This document shows, one piece after another, positions 1 to 14,200 of a DNA stretch of 64,000 bases; within the stretch, counting starts at the first letter, position 1, and each line of letters opens with the position of its first letter. The position numbers were made by a program, and so were the translations under genes. Below the pieces are notes generated by a model. It searched no databases, was not told the DNA's origin, and saw only the letters and a list, made by a program, of their open reading frames with translations. Source of the DNA: Balanoglossus misakiensis (Eukaryota > Animalia > Hemichordata); assembly GCA_040954595.2 (NCBI GenBank), contig CM082594.2, positions 6,592,840 to 6,656,839 on the forward strand. Reading direction: 5' to 3'.

Positions 1-3000
1 TGTTGGCTGTCTAAAATTGGTTAGTGGTTGCAATAAAATATATTTATGTTGATGATAAAAATTATGTTAATGCAATAACATAGTATGAAAAATACCATAC
101 TTTCATTACATGCCATTGTTGCCATGGAATTATTGAAATTAGCCATGTGAATTTCATCATGCTTTTTCTCATAGGAAATTTGCGTTACATCTGTACTGCA
201 TTGAGTTTAAATAAAGTATGTTAAACCTCAGGATTTGCAATGGTATTATTATATTGATCCTGGTATGATGGATATTGCACCATGCACTGCAATTACTGTT
301 GTCATGGAGATTAAACAAAAACATGTTTTGATAGTGTGCTTATTCAGTTGACAACGCAATAGGAACATTTCACAGTATGAATGCACGTAAAGTGTAATTA
401 CTACATATCAATGCAGGTAGGAGGAACGAACAAATATCTTTTCCAATGGTTTAATCGGAAGAATAGATATTATTAACATAATGGAATGATATTGCCTGCT
501 ATATTATATGTTTTAAAAATATTTCAATGTAATTACTTTATTAAACGTCTCATAAAGGTCAAAGTCGATTAAAATGAGAAGTCAATCTCACTGACAAACA
601 AAAATGATTAAATTTTGGAATTAACCAGCTGAACTTGAGTTGGAAGAAAAGTTGCACATGACATCACTCGACACCTTGAGGTCAGGGCGCATAGGGTCAA
701 TCTGATATTGTGCAGAATCGACTCGAGTTACAAATTGAAGAGATAATTATATTGATCAAGACAATTTGATATTGACTTAAAAATGACACTGCTGTTTAGC
801 TCTGGCCATTATCAAAATATGCAATTAGAATAAGAACGAGTGTCTTTGGAGATACCCTCCGAGACACTTTTTAACGAGGCTGTTTGTTTTTAGGGCTGAT
901 GATTTGTGGGGGAATTAGCATTAGGATTAGAGTTCATTCACTCCGTTTCAGTTTTAATAGTTTAATTTTTTTATAAAAGCTCAGTGGCAAAACAATAAAA
1001 TATTCTTTGTTGTATGCTAGCTGCTATAAATCAATTGTCTCCATACATGTATGTGTACAGTTGCAGTCAGCTGTCGCAGTATAGCCGTAAAGTGCTGTTG
1101 AATATATAAGATGATCTTATTGTGGTGGAAGAGTACATGCTGGATTGACATTATACGACCGTGTTAAATTTTATGGCATTTTTTGCACAGGGTTGAGAGG
1201 CCCATGAGCTGATATTGATGATTTCACGACCAAATTGAATTGACACCAGCCACTTTTGATAGGAGAAGAAGATACAGATAATATTGAATGAAGAAAATAA
1301 AAAAAAATGCATTCTACTGACTTGTTGTAATGTATTAATTACCATAAAACTCTGAGAAGTTACAAATTATGCTCCAATTATGCTGAACTGAGCTAAGCTG
1401 TTCTATTTTGTTATCATGAAGATGTTAGAAGCAACCTCTCAGTTTCAATCCCCACAATTTTGATCAAATTTCCATGCAAATCCGTTGCAAAACATAATTT
1501 GATTTGCCTCAGTTAAAGATTTACAATTCCACTCATGCAAGAGTATTTGAATTGGTGCGTACAAAAGTTGCACCGTATTAGACATCTTTTTTTTCATCAA
1601 ATGCAAACAGGCAAAGACGGAATCCTTTTTAATATTGCATTGTAGAAAAACAGGTTACCATGGACACATTTATGGTTTTTCTATAGCATGTGTTTCAAAG
1701 AAAACTGTAATTACCGTGATAAGTCTTAAGACACCCCCGGTGAGTAATTCTTGCCAAGATAAGTAAGTGAGCCTGAGTGAGTTGGCATTGACATTGCCAT
1801 GGTTACTGGGCTTTCAGCGCAAATACAACACAATGGTAATTTCTGTGCGTCACGCAACTAGATTATCCCGACTGTGTTGAAGCGTAGGATTTGTTGCGTT
1901 GTCATGTGGAGAATTGTACCAATGACCCGGGCTTTTAAGGACATGGTGTATCTGCGTTATTAGGCCATGTATTGTTTGCTTGTGTGGTGAATAAGGACCA
2001 ACCATAGAGTTATATGTAAAATAAATTAGGGGTCCTGTAAATTTTATTCAAATGGCAATGATGAGTTCCTTTTGATCAGATTCTCAAAGATGGACAATTA
2101 TATATCGATCTGTAGCAGCTGTATGTGTTGGCCAACAGAGTAGGCCATCGTACCATCCTCAACATTAAAGAGCCAGAATCACTTGCTTTTGACATTTTGT
2201 ATTTTACTATAAAAAAAATTAAATATTCATCAAAAAGGTCCCTTTAAACACCAAACTCCTTTACATGAAGGGAATTATAGGAACACAGACATAGACCATA
2301 TAAAGCCTTTTAGTATTACTAGCATATTGAGTGTATGTCCGTTTCAATATTGTTTAAACCCATACACGTATTCTCATTCATTGGTTATCACTACCTGCAT
2401 ACATACCCTGCATAAGTTATAGAAACTAATTTTAGTTTGAATGTAAATTATGTCAACAGAAAGGCTGCAGCTAAGTTGTAGCAAGTTTTGTGCAACTGGA
2501 TCACTTCAAAGAGCTTAAAGAAAAATTCTCATTGTCTTGGGTGATCTGGAAGCCAGCGCAAAACAAATGAGCATGCATGTTTATATTTCAACTATGGGAA
2601 AAAAATTACTAGCCTCCTAGCTTTGACCATTATGATACTATTAACCTTTTAAAAGTATGCCCTCTACATAGCAATGAGTGTATATATATATCTGTATGCA
2701 TGAACTGTAGAGATGTACTGCCTCCTGTCATTGAGATAAAATCTGTGGGTATATTGATCTTTGTACAGTTAGTGTGATGACAGCAAGCAGCAAACAATGG
2801 TGAATGCTCTTGAGACACACACTATGAGGACAGTGCAAAATTCCATTTTATACATATTTCGTTAAAATCTATAGAATTGCCACAAACATTTCTGTACAAT
2901 GCTTATAGATTTTTCATAGATTTCTATACAAATTTTGTGCAATTTCTTGTAACGTAAGACAAACACTTGTGTAGGTATGCACTATTTGTATGCAGCCATG

Positions 3001-5282
3001 GTCAGTCAAGCAGAAGAATTCCTAAATGAAGATATGGCAAACTCGACAAGCATTTACAATTCACTTGTATTGGTCCAATTCAGTCACTGGTCTATTGACA
3101 GGTAGATATAGTCTGTCAATATATAAAGGCTTGTGGTGCAGAATAAGTAAAGTTCTTGACTTAGGTATGTTGTTGTTCGACATACACTTAAGAAAGAGGT
3201 GCAGTTTCAACATAGCAATTGTCCATTTTGCTTTTGACAGCCTATAATTAGTAGGTGTCCAATTGGCAATGTTTAAGTCCCAGCATATTCTCTGCCAGAG
3301 TTTTGTACCAACAATATAACCTTTGACACCCAGGTTCTTCGGATTTCTGCTCTTATGAAACATTAAACATTAGACTAAATTAATAATGAGAGCTGTCCTT
3401 GCCCTTTTTGTCAAAACTTATTTCTTCGCTGGGTTTGAATCACAACACAGCAGAAAGATTTGCGAGAAAATTGAAGAAAGTATTGCTGATGGCTGATTTG
3501 GCCTGTGCTGATGAATTATTGATGGTGGTGGTGGTGCATTGTGGGAAGGTTTTGCAGATGCAGATCATTGACCTGCGACAGTGCAGTGTCTTCATATTTG
3601 ATAACTTCTCAGAGTACAGTACTAGCTTGTTCAATGCCTTTACAAAAATTACTGCAACATAAACCTTTATCTTTCAGTCAGAGACAGTTAATGTTCAACT
3701 GTAGACCAATCAATATTGCCTGCATCCATGCTCATTTGAACTGAAACTAAATACTTCAGGACAAGTTTTCGGTCCATATTTTCAGAGTGCCTTGAAAAGC
3801 TACCTTTGCTATTTCTTACAAACCACAGTAACTTAGAAATCTTCCCCATTGGGCAATTTCCATTTACACACGCAGCAGCAAAACAGCTTGGTGTGTTACT
3901 GACGTGGTTGCATGCAAGCAGAGGACTTCCGGGCTGTTGTGTAGATCCTAGCTGGCAGCTTAGACTACCCTGGGAAAAATGCCGGCAATTTCAATTTCTT
4001 GGAAAGGGGTATTATAAAGCGTGGCCACCTGAGAAGCTTTGCCCGCTTAGATTTCCTGTCCGACCTTGACACCTAACTTTCCCATTTTGAGAAACCTTGA
4101 ATTTTTTGACTCCCCATGATGCAATGGAGCAAAGTGAGGTGAAGGTTTGACAGACTTTGTACTTTCTTTGAACCCGTACAATAAGCGTAAAAAATTATTT
4201 TAATTGTTGATTTTATGATCTTCTTTTGTAAGTATAATAAAAGGCTGTGAATTTAGTTGCTGTGTCAGCATTTTTTTTACCCATGGTTTTTCTATGGGTG
4301 AACACATTCAATAAAGATATCCTGGGTCTATGTATTTGGCTTGAAGCAGCAGTTGATTACCACAATGGTTTATTTGCGGGTCGATCAGAATTCTATGTAA
4401 GCTAACATGTATGGCATCTTTGAGATTGCAAAATGTGTATACTGACATTGTCTCTAATTCATTTGCCTCTCTGGGAATGTAGCAGTGACATTTCTTCTTA
4501 TGTAGCATCATGCAGTGCTCTGCGTTTCGCGCTAGTCATGTAGTACCCCGAAAGAGCATTAAAGATTGCAATCTGTTACAATACACAAATTATGCATGCT
4601 GAGTTGAACATGATTGAAGGTCACAGTGTTATCTCGGTTTTAAATCCAGAACGTGGGCTGACAGCTTGTTTCCCGACAGTATGGTAAAAATTAATAGTTG
4701 CCATGTCCATTGCAATCGGGGGAAGCATTTTCCTTTTCAAAATTCAAAGTCACGGTTTGAAAAGTCGTGTTTGAATTTGTATGCTGGCATGCAGTTTAAA
4801 TAATGGAGAGATGCAAGATCGTCAGAAATCGAAGAAGATGCCAATTTAAAAGTAATCCGGGATGAAACCCTGTTAGGATTACAAATTCATTGCATCTTGG
4901 TCTCACGGGCACACAACAAGAAAGCTGTCATCTCTTTTTAAACACAACTGCAGATGTTATCTCTTCAACTTAAGACAGTTTGATGTGTGAAGTTGAGCTT
5001 CAGCTTCTCTTGCAAAGGCAAAAATCATCCATATTTTATTACTTCAAATTAATCACACTATTTTTGGCCTTGGTGACAGGCAGAGCAAAAAAGGTCACAG
5101 CGCTCTTTAAATAAATAATTTCAATTTGCAGCCACAGTTTCTACCGGTATATTTCTCTTTAACAAGAAAGCTGTCGTAGTTAAAAAAACTAGACATCTAC
5201 TTTCACTGCTTCAGTAAGTCAACTTTTATGTTGGGACCTTTTTCTAACAAAGTATCCTCTTTTCTCTGTCTGTTTTTTCCAG

Positions 5283-8200
5283 CGCAAATAGAAATAATAC
5301 CCTGTAAGGTGTGCGGAGACAAGTCCTCAGGAGTGCACTATGGGGTCATTTCATGTGAAGGATGCAAGGTAAGTAGAATCTGCACAAACTTAGGGTGCCT
5401 TAGATTACAGCGCCACATTATTTGGTTGGTGTGAATGGATTAGTTTGAGAATAGGGATCAGAGAAAACATGATCTCATGGAAACTTTGTAAAAGTGAGAT
5501 GATTTCGTGAAAAAGCAAAAAAAAAAAAACATTACTGCTGGAGCAGCATGATAGAAACTTTAATATCCATGGACTTTTTGACAAACATACATGAATAAAA
5601 AATTCTCATTAGTTTGAGCACATCAGCTGTATCTACCCCTGAGGCAGTTTATATTTTCACAGCAAAACTTGCTGGTGGCTGGGCACTGTATAACTTTTGT
5701 TCATTCACAAACCGAGTTTGATTCAAAGGTATTTCTTTTGGATGGAAAAAGTAATTTTCAGTTATGTGTCAAAGATGAGTAAAGATGGATCCCACTCTTG
5801 TAATAAAATGTAAATTGTTTCTGCATATACAGATTCGTCTCTGAGGAAATCAGCACTCATTTTTTTCATTTACAGACAGACAGAATTTGTATGTTGTTAT
5901 GGATGATGCAATTCACTCTTGTCATACATCACTATAGGAGTACGTTAATTTAACACTTGGAAATAATTGTGGTCCACTGGTTGGTTTACAGTCCTAAAAC
6001 CAACTAAACCTTTTAATGACATACATGTATACAAGGAAAACTTCTGTTCAACCCTTTTCTCACCTAACAAAGACATTTTCTACCATGCGCACCGTTTTAA
6101 TTTTCCAAGGCCTGTAAATAACATATGGTTGTTCTGTTTAATAGGTACTATTTTGGGAGATTATATCAGTCATTTTGCATCAATACACCGAAACCATTGG
6201 TGACAGAATGATCACAATAAAATGGTACATTTGTGTTGCCACTCATTAAAACGTCACCTCACATGTTGGGCTGCTATTCTGAAAATATTATTGATGATCT
6301 TTTTATGATAATTGCTGTCGGAAGAGTTATCTTTTTTTAGCTCATGTGTTAATACGCACAAGCTAATAATATGTGGATAACTGTGTGCGTGTGTGTGTGT
6401 CTGCTTGCATGTCTGTCTGTCATCTGAAGTTTTGAACAGTGTTTTAAAAAAAAGAACCACTGTCATAGCTATAACGACCCTTGTGCCTGCATACAGATAC
6501 ATAGCATGTACCGAAGCCGATACAGTCTGTCTGCAGTGTCAGTGCTTGAGTCACCAAGAGCCCTGTTGTCATGGCAATGTACCGGTACTATAGGACAGCT
6601 GGTTCAAGGTCAACCCTTCTGCAGTCAGTGGCTGCTTGCTGAGTAATCAATTTTTGGGGCACTGCGAGATGGATCCATAGCAGTTAATGATTTCTTGTCA
6701 GATAGAAATGCTTGTAGTTCAAATCTAATGGCTGTAAAATATAAAGCAGCTCTTAGAATTTCAACTCTAATATGAATTTTACTAAAAAAAAATACTGCAT
6801 CACCATGACAGTGTTATTTGAACAGCACTTATACCAAATCTCAGGTAACCTATGAAGTCATGCGCTCAGAAGTACATGTTACTGACATCATCCCTCAGTT
6901 TAATGAACACTTGATGCCTTCGTATAAATGGGGATAAAAGAGAAAGTAATGTGTGATCAGATTTGTCCAGCGGCCACACACCACGGCTGATATAGGCTGT
7001 CAGTGGTTTAGTCAGCGGGAGACCAGTTGCCATGGCAATGGACCCTAGTGCATAGAACAGATTCAAGGCCATCTTTTCTGCAATCAGTAAATGCCTGCTG
7101 AGTGATCAATTCTTTGGGAACGGCACGACCGTTCTATGAAAAATTAAATTACTTGTACGTCAAGGAAATGCAGGAAAGAGCACACGCCTCCAGAATACGC
7201 ATCAAAGTCACATTGGATTAAGCTATTGTGAGGAAAAAACGTCAGTCAGTAGGGAATAAAGGAGTCTTAAATGAGAAACTTATGATTAATCTGGTTCTCA
7301 CTGTACTCTAGAGGCTGTGTGCCTCTCAGTTGGTTACTTGGAAACGTGCCAAGTGGGAGGGGCTATGATTGTGTAATTGACAGCTTCTTGACTCTGTGGT
7401 TTTAACATCTTCAGAAGTTGCTTCTGACGAGAGAGCAACTTTGTGATTCCATTGTTCAGGATCAGCACTGTAATCCAGCTTTGCATAAGAATTATAAGAA
7501 TTTCATAGTAGATTTTCACATATGGAAGATTACCAAACTGTGTTGCAATAGGGTTTTATTTTAAGCTGTAAACTGTTTCATTGAATTTTTGAGGATCTGT
7601 GCTATTCAATTTCATGACAGTTATATATTTTATCCCTACTGCAATGTGAATTTGATTTTCTGATTATTATGTTCGTATAAAAAGTTGACATCCACAGTTC
7701 GAAAATTGATGCAGTTAAAATATGCCATATTTTCAAAACCCATGGAATATTAAGCTTGTATAAGGGTATGGAGTGTGTGATTGTATAGAACATTATTTGC
7801 TTTGACTCTGATAATCAACATCAATATGTTTCACGAGAAATATAGATTTTTATCCGAGGGTCAACCATTTACGTTTCGCTGGCAGTGTCATTTTTTTGTT
7901 TGTTTCTTCGTTTTTTGTTCATTCATTCATTTGTTCGTTCCTTCATTCATCTGCCCCTCGTACCACCACATACATGTACTCTGAAAACAGTTTGACTTTG
8001 TGTAAGACTAAGAGTGCATTTCTCGGTAATTGAGATGTTAACATGGACACGCTTCCCCAACCTAAGTGGTTTCACTTGATCAATCATGAAGTGGCACCAC
8101 AATACATCAGTTGATATCGATGAGGGAACCAAGGCATACATTGGGTCGGTATCTGCAGATGATGATGTTGTCAGCCATTATGTTCTGCATGATTTGCAAG

Positions 8201-11200
8201 AGAAAAGAATTTCACAGAGCATTATGCGTAAAATTAGATAGACCTTGCTAGACACATGTACTGTGTTACAGAGTTGAACTAATGATACAAAGTTTATCTT
8301 TGTGGATCATTGTGTTTTATACACAATTGTAAGGCTTTTGTAATTATTAAGTTGCTGTACAGAGAATCTGTTACTTACATTGAATGTGATTCATATTTAT
8401 CAAGAGAGAATTATCTTAATTAGCACCTAAAGTCTCACTCATTTTTGCATTTTTTCACAACTTTCAGGCATTTGAAAAAATACTATACATATACAGATCG
8501 ATATATACATTGTACAGATACATTGGCATGAGAGGAGGTACTAGTTGACCCCAGGATTTTTCAAGGACATATGGCTACAAATAGAAAACACACCGAGCAT
8601 GTGTGCCAACTTTTACATCATGGTACCTCATGAATATTCAGTAGCAGTAGAATCCTCACAGAATGCATTAGTCCGTGAAATTTTGTATAATGTCAAATCA
8701 TGGCAATGATGATACTTGGTTAGAATATATCAGCTGGATTCTCCATGTTGAAGGCACGTTAAATATTGAGGGACAGCGATATTGAAAATATTTCTGTGTT
8801 GTGTTTGATCATGGTTAAGCGGTAGCTGCTGAGGTGTTTGCAAACAAACAGACTATAGTGTGCAAGCGGTGTTTGCAGACACTGTTTAAATACCCGGGCT
8901 GAAAGAAAAGTGAATAGAAAGAGAAAAGGAGAGGGAGAGGTGTCTGGGCAGAGTATATTTACTGTTGTGATTATGTGAGAGCTGTACAAACAAGTATTGA
9001 CAAATACATTTGTATTGTGGGTATGTGCAACCCCCCCCCCCCCCCCCCCCCCCACTCAACCCCCAGTTTTCCTTGCTGAAACCACTGATTTTAATACATG
9101 ATTCAAGGAGGGAACCCCCTTCAGATGATAGGATTCTTAGTCAAGTTTTGTGAAGGTTCTGATGACAAGATGGATGAAGCTCTTGAGCTGTATAGGTTGG
9201 AAGATAATACTGTACAGCAGACTTTTACACGTCTAGTGAATAATTTATCTACCGAGGGTAGCTCGACTCACGAAGCACCGCAGGGAAAAGGCAGACTCAC
9301 GGAAGATGTGAACTCATGTGTCACCTTGACAATGTCAATCATTCCTAGACATTCACCTATAATGAACGCTGTCACTTCCAAAATGGCCTTCACCCTAGAT
9401 AACCATTATTCTGAGAATTGTATAGAAAAGTGAACTGTCCCTCAAGCGCGTTTATCCTGGCCTTCTCCTCAATAGTTTATTGGCCTGTCGAAAGCTGCAT
9501 GGGTCTTTCTTTCACAGTGCACTCACTCAGCATGTATCTACCTGCAAAAATTTACTTTTTTATTCTCTTGGGCTACAGCAATGGCTTTGGGGAAATTCAC
9601 TAATGTACCGGACTTGTACCTGCATGTACCATATATGGCATGTATGTACTGGTTACAGGGTTATTTTAAGAGACAATACACTATATATTCCAGCATTCGG
9701 GTTATAGTCCCTGCACAAAATATAAATCTCCAAAGTTTTTTTCTGATATTAATGTCTGATTTAAACATGTGCTGCAGCAACAGTGAACATAAGATGAAAA
9801 TGTTCTTCACATCTCTTGGGGAATCCAAGCAAACATACGTAGCCTGCATATACGCCTGAGAACATGCAGAAAAGGGATTCCATTGAGGAAAAGAGATAAA
9901 ACAGTACACGTTTGAATCGTGTCAGTAGTATAATATAAAAGCCTAGGATAATGCTCTACTGAATAATGTTCTATATTTAGTCCTGCGTTGAGGTGACTTT
10001 TTCACCCTAACTGTAAGTTCATTCTATAGTATAATTGCAGTGTGTCCTTCAACTCTCAGGTTAACAATGCATTAGCTGGAAATTCACAAGGGCATTTAAA
10101 CGCGTGTTTCAGTCAGTTTAAACTCATCGTGCTAACCTTGGGCGGATGGCCAGCATTATTTTAATTACTTGCTTGAGTAGATAATTTACTGTGTGTTTTC
10201 ATATGAATGGTAATCAATGATGTTTTAGGTATCTTTGATACACTTAATTCGGGCCCATTAAATATAAACTACTGCTAATGCATCTTTTGGTGTGTTTTAA
10301 TTCATTAAGTCATTCTTGAATGGTACATGTGCCTTTGTGTGTGGGTCATGGTTCACCTGACCCTAATATCAAAATCTTATGGAAACTATATAGTGCTCAA
10401 ACAATGTGGCCCTTTTCTGAAAATCATGAGGTCAAAATGTACATAGCTGAAAAAGTGAAAACTATCTGATTTGCCTGTAAAGGTATCAGAATGGTTACCC
10501 CTTCGACATTTCTCCACCCGTCAGTCAGTGTTAGCGAATGGTATATGGGTTGCAGTAAGTTTGCCAGGCATATGTCCAGGGAGTATTAAACTGTCCTAGA
10601 ACCTATACTTGTGGGAAAAAGTACCACCACCTTGGGGTGAACTCAGTAATTTAGCATATCAATGTACGTACATGTAATGAAACTAAAACTGCAAATTGAC
10701 ATTTGACCTGCACAAGTACAAAATGATTTACGCTGTCTTATATTACAACCTGTTGATTTACCGGAGAAATTATCAGTCCAGTGTAAGTTCGGGAAATTAC
10801 TACCGGTAGTACCGGTAGTAATTTTTCCACATTTCATAGTTTCCTTATGATTGCATTCATTCAGTAATTATGAGCTTTGGGAGAAGTCAAATAGAAAAGA
10901 AAATAATTTCTGTGAATGACTTGTATAGTTAAAGCTAATCAGGCGATCAGTAAGCCCAGTTGCTGCAAGCGGAAATTCTTTCTATACAAAACAGAATTGA
11001 CTGTCTTATTTTGAAGATGAAATTACTTGAAGTATGGAATTATAAATTGCCTGGAAATGTGCATGGAAAAGGTCAAGGTCAATTGATTTGCTATCTGTAA
11101 TATTTTGTCAGAGTTTCCCTTCTGTACTACAAAGATCTGATTTCATTTATGGACTATTAAAAACTAGTGTCACAGTGTTGGCTTCGAGAAATTTCTTTGT

Positions 11201-14200
11201 AATTGACAACATGTTCTGAAGACATATATGCAGCCCAGTTTTAACAGGCTGAGGTCAACTTAAACTTTCCCTGTTTAGTCACTAGAGGGCATGATTATTA
11301 CTTGACCCTTTACTTGACCTGTTCTTTACATTTTTTTAATAGTAAAAAATGCTGTCAATTGCCATCATTTCTGAAACGTGGTATTAGAATGCTTGTGTTC
11401 TTTAGCTGTAATATTTGACTTGTAAATACATTTTAAGGCTAACATTTTATATGCTCATTAAATTTGATGGCCCTAAAGTGAATTTCTATGATTTATATAC
11501 CCTCAAAACAGCACAATGGTTGAAAGTGATCATTACTAATCAAGTTTTAATAGTGAAACTTAAAAACAACAACCAAGAAAACCATTATCAAAGATCAGTA
11601 TTCAATGCTTTATTGCCAAGTCAAGTTTCCTTTTATATTTTATATTGCACATGTGTGCCAAAGATGGAGGGATTATATCCTTGCGCATTGATAACTGATT
11701 ACTGTAAATGATTATATACATGTGCTAGCGATTTAGATTTCCACCTAAGTATTAGAGTTGAAAAGTCAAACAACAAAATAATATCAAGGTACTGCTATTT
11801 TTTGGTTTTATTTCCCAGGGATTCTTTCGTCGTTGCATTAACAACAAAGCGGATTTCTTATGCCCGCGTGATAAATCATGCGAAGTGAATCGTACCAACA
11901 GAAATCGATGCCAGTACTGCAGGTTACAGAAATGTATAACTCTGGGGATGTCAAAGGATGGTGAGTTGAAATCTTATTATTTTTTTTTAGTGATTTGTCA
12001 TAAAAACAGCCAATAAATCTACATGTATTTGACAGCGTGTTGGTTTGTTAACTTCGATTGACATGACAAAAAAAATGATAAGTTACATTACCCCAGAGTA
12101 CGGCAGCTATGAGAGTATAAGAGATGAACTAAGAAGACCTTGCCTATTACCTTGCCTGACATGACCTGTATTTCACATGTGTCCCCCCCAAAAAACAGCG
12201 GTCAAATTTGGACGGATGTCCAAACGCCAGCGGGAGAAAGTCTTCAAAGAGCTGGAAAAACTGGACGTGAAGAAACTCAAACATGATCAGGAGACGATGC
12301 CGATGCCCGGCCCTCCCAAGACTACCTCACCCGGACTGAACAAACCCATGGCCGCAGAAGGAGCCATGTCGCATCCACCCATCAGAAGTCTTGCCAGCTC
12401 CGCTGCCACCATGTACAATTATCCAACTCAGGCCATGCAAACGTCACCGACAACGACCTTGCCCTTGAACCTCCAGCATTCCCAACAGGGTGGCATGCCC
12501 ACCCATCACACCACGCCTTCTGTCGCCTCAGGACCTCTGAACATCGACCCAAGGCAGGCAGAATTGGGTGAGTTGCTCGCCAATAAAATCCCAGTATTCA
12601 AGCGGTGGCCTTAAAAGTGAGAACTAAGTCGTGATTCATTTAAACCATTGGCCAACAATTTTTTTTCTTTGGCTTCCAGATCAACTCACAACGGCGATAA
12701 CCATCAGTCACCATCAGACCTGTATATACAGTACATCTCAGCTGGCATCAATGAGAGCTGAGGCACAGGAGTCGCTCAAAGTCAAAGCAGAAACTACCTG
12801 GGTAAGCAAAAGCCACCTCCTAAAAGTTCTGAAACTTTTCTGTTTTGGGTGTGTGTGTGTGGGGGGGGGGGGATAATCTCAATGGGAAGAAGGTTTAATT
12901 CATATCAAGAAGACTCAAGAGTTAGTATCTAACTAAACGGAACAAAAAGTACCATTTTGGTTCCTATTCTAGTTTTATACAGAGCTTGATGTGTTTTACT
13001 TGGCCAGCAACCTGTTGTAATAGTAATTATTAATGATGTCTCGCGAGATCTTTGATCATTTTACCTCGGTGTCCATGCAGATCTATTGCAGCGTTTGTGA
13101 TACAAATCTCGCTCTACATTCTGAAGTGACCTGACTGGAACAGTAAACGCTCATAAAAAATGAATTTTCTGATCAAATATACCATTACTCCAGGGACTTT
13201 ATCCCTATGTATTTCCTTCTGAAGTATTCTAAACTGATCAATACATACAGAAAATTGCATGATCAACACTCATGAAATATGAAAGTTCTGATCAAAGCGA
13301 CTAAACTCGGGGGACTTTAAGTAATACAGAACCTAACATCCAACACAAAAGCAGTTTATGGATAGGCGAGTCATGTGTCTTGTAAGAAAGTCTGCAATTT
13401 CAGCTGTTCTTTGCAATCATGCATTTTAGTATTAGCTTGAACGGAAAACATGATCTACATACTTCACATAATTCACAGTAAATAAAGAATTGTTTCTATT
13501 AATAAATGTGCAGACAAAGCCATAAAGTCTATATTTTCTAAAGGCAAAGGGGGAATAATTTACATTCCGTGGTCATTTTATAGTTTCATAGTTTATTATA
13601 CAGAAATCACGGGCTTGGAGGAGTGACCTAGCTATCATGTATGGCACTAGCGAATTTTCTTTGGTATATCATACACTTTGGATATATTATACATGATATC
13701 ACAGTAATATTATAGCCTAATTTTCTAACAGTAACTAAATCCGCACACTGAACAGTAATCTTGCCTCGCAATCCCAGATTATGAAGAACCTGGGCATTGT
13801 TCCCTGTGGCAAGGTTGGGGAATGGTTGCTGACATCAGAAACTCAGCAGGGTATCATAAACGTAGATGTAAATATTACATGCAAAGATTATAGTACATTT
13901 GGTGTAATCTGATTACTGGTACTTGATCAATTTTATCAGTATGTCTTTAAAGTATACAGGAAGTAACTTCATGCAATTTATCTAAAGAAGATATTTGCCA
14001 TTAAACATTTATTATGTACCAGTACGTGTATGTACATCTGTTATTGAAAATGTCAAAATTAACATATGCTGGGAATCAAATATAAGTTTTGTGTATCACA
14101 GTATGCCCGATGATAGGCCTGTGGTGAATGTATGTATATCAGAGTGTCGCGATGCAGTCTGATCTTCACCCGCCTTAGCGAATCCACTGAAGTCTCCAGA

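Noticed and set aside
4803-4851. Possible first coding exon of ROR (MERCKIVRNRRRCQFK, phase 1)
   Set aside because: The phase fits, but the donor (AAA|GTAATC) is weak and there is no promoter or homology support.
10791-10826. Palindrome AAATTACTACCGGTAG...GTAATTT with an internal duplication
   Set aside because: Too short, with no TSD; probably a repeat remnant or replication slippage.
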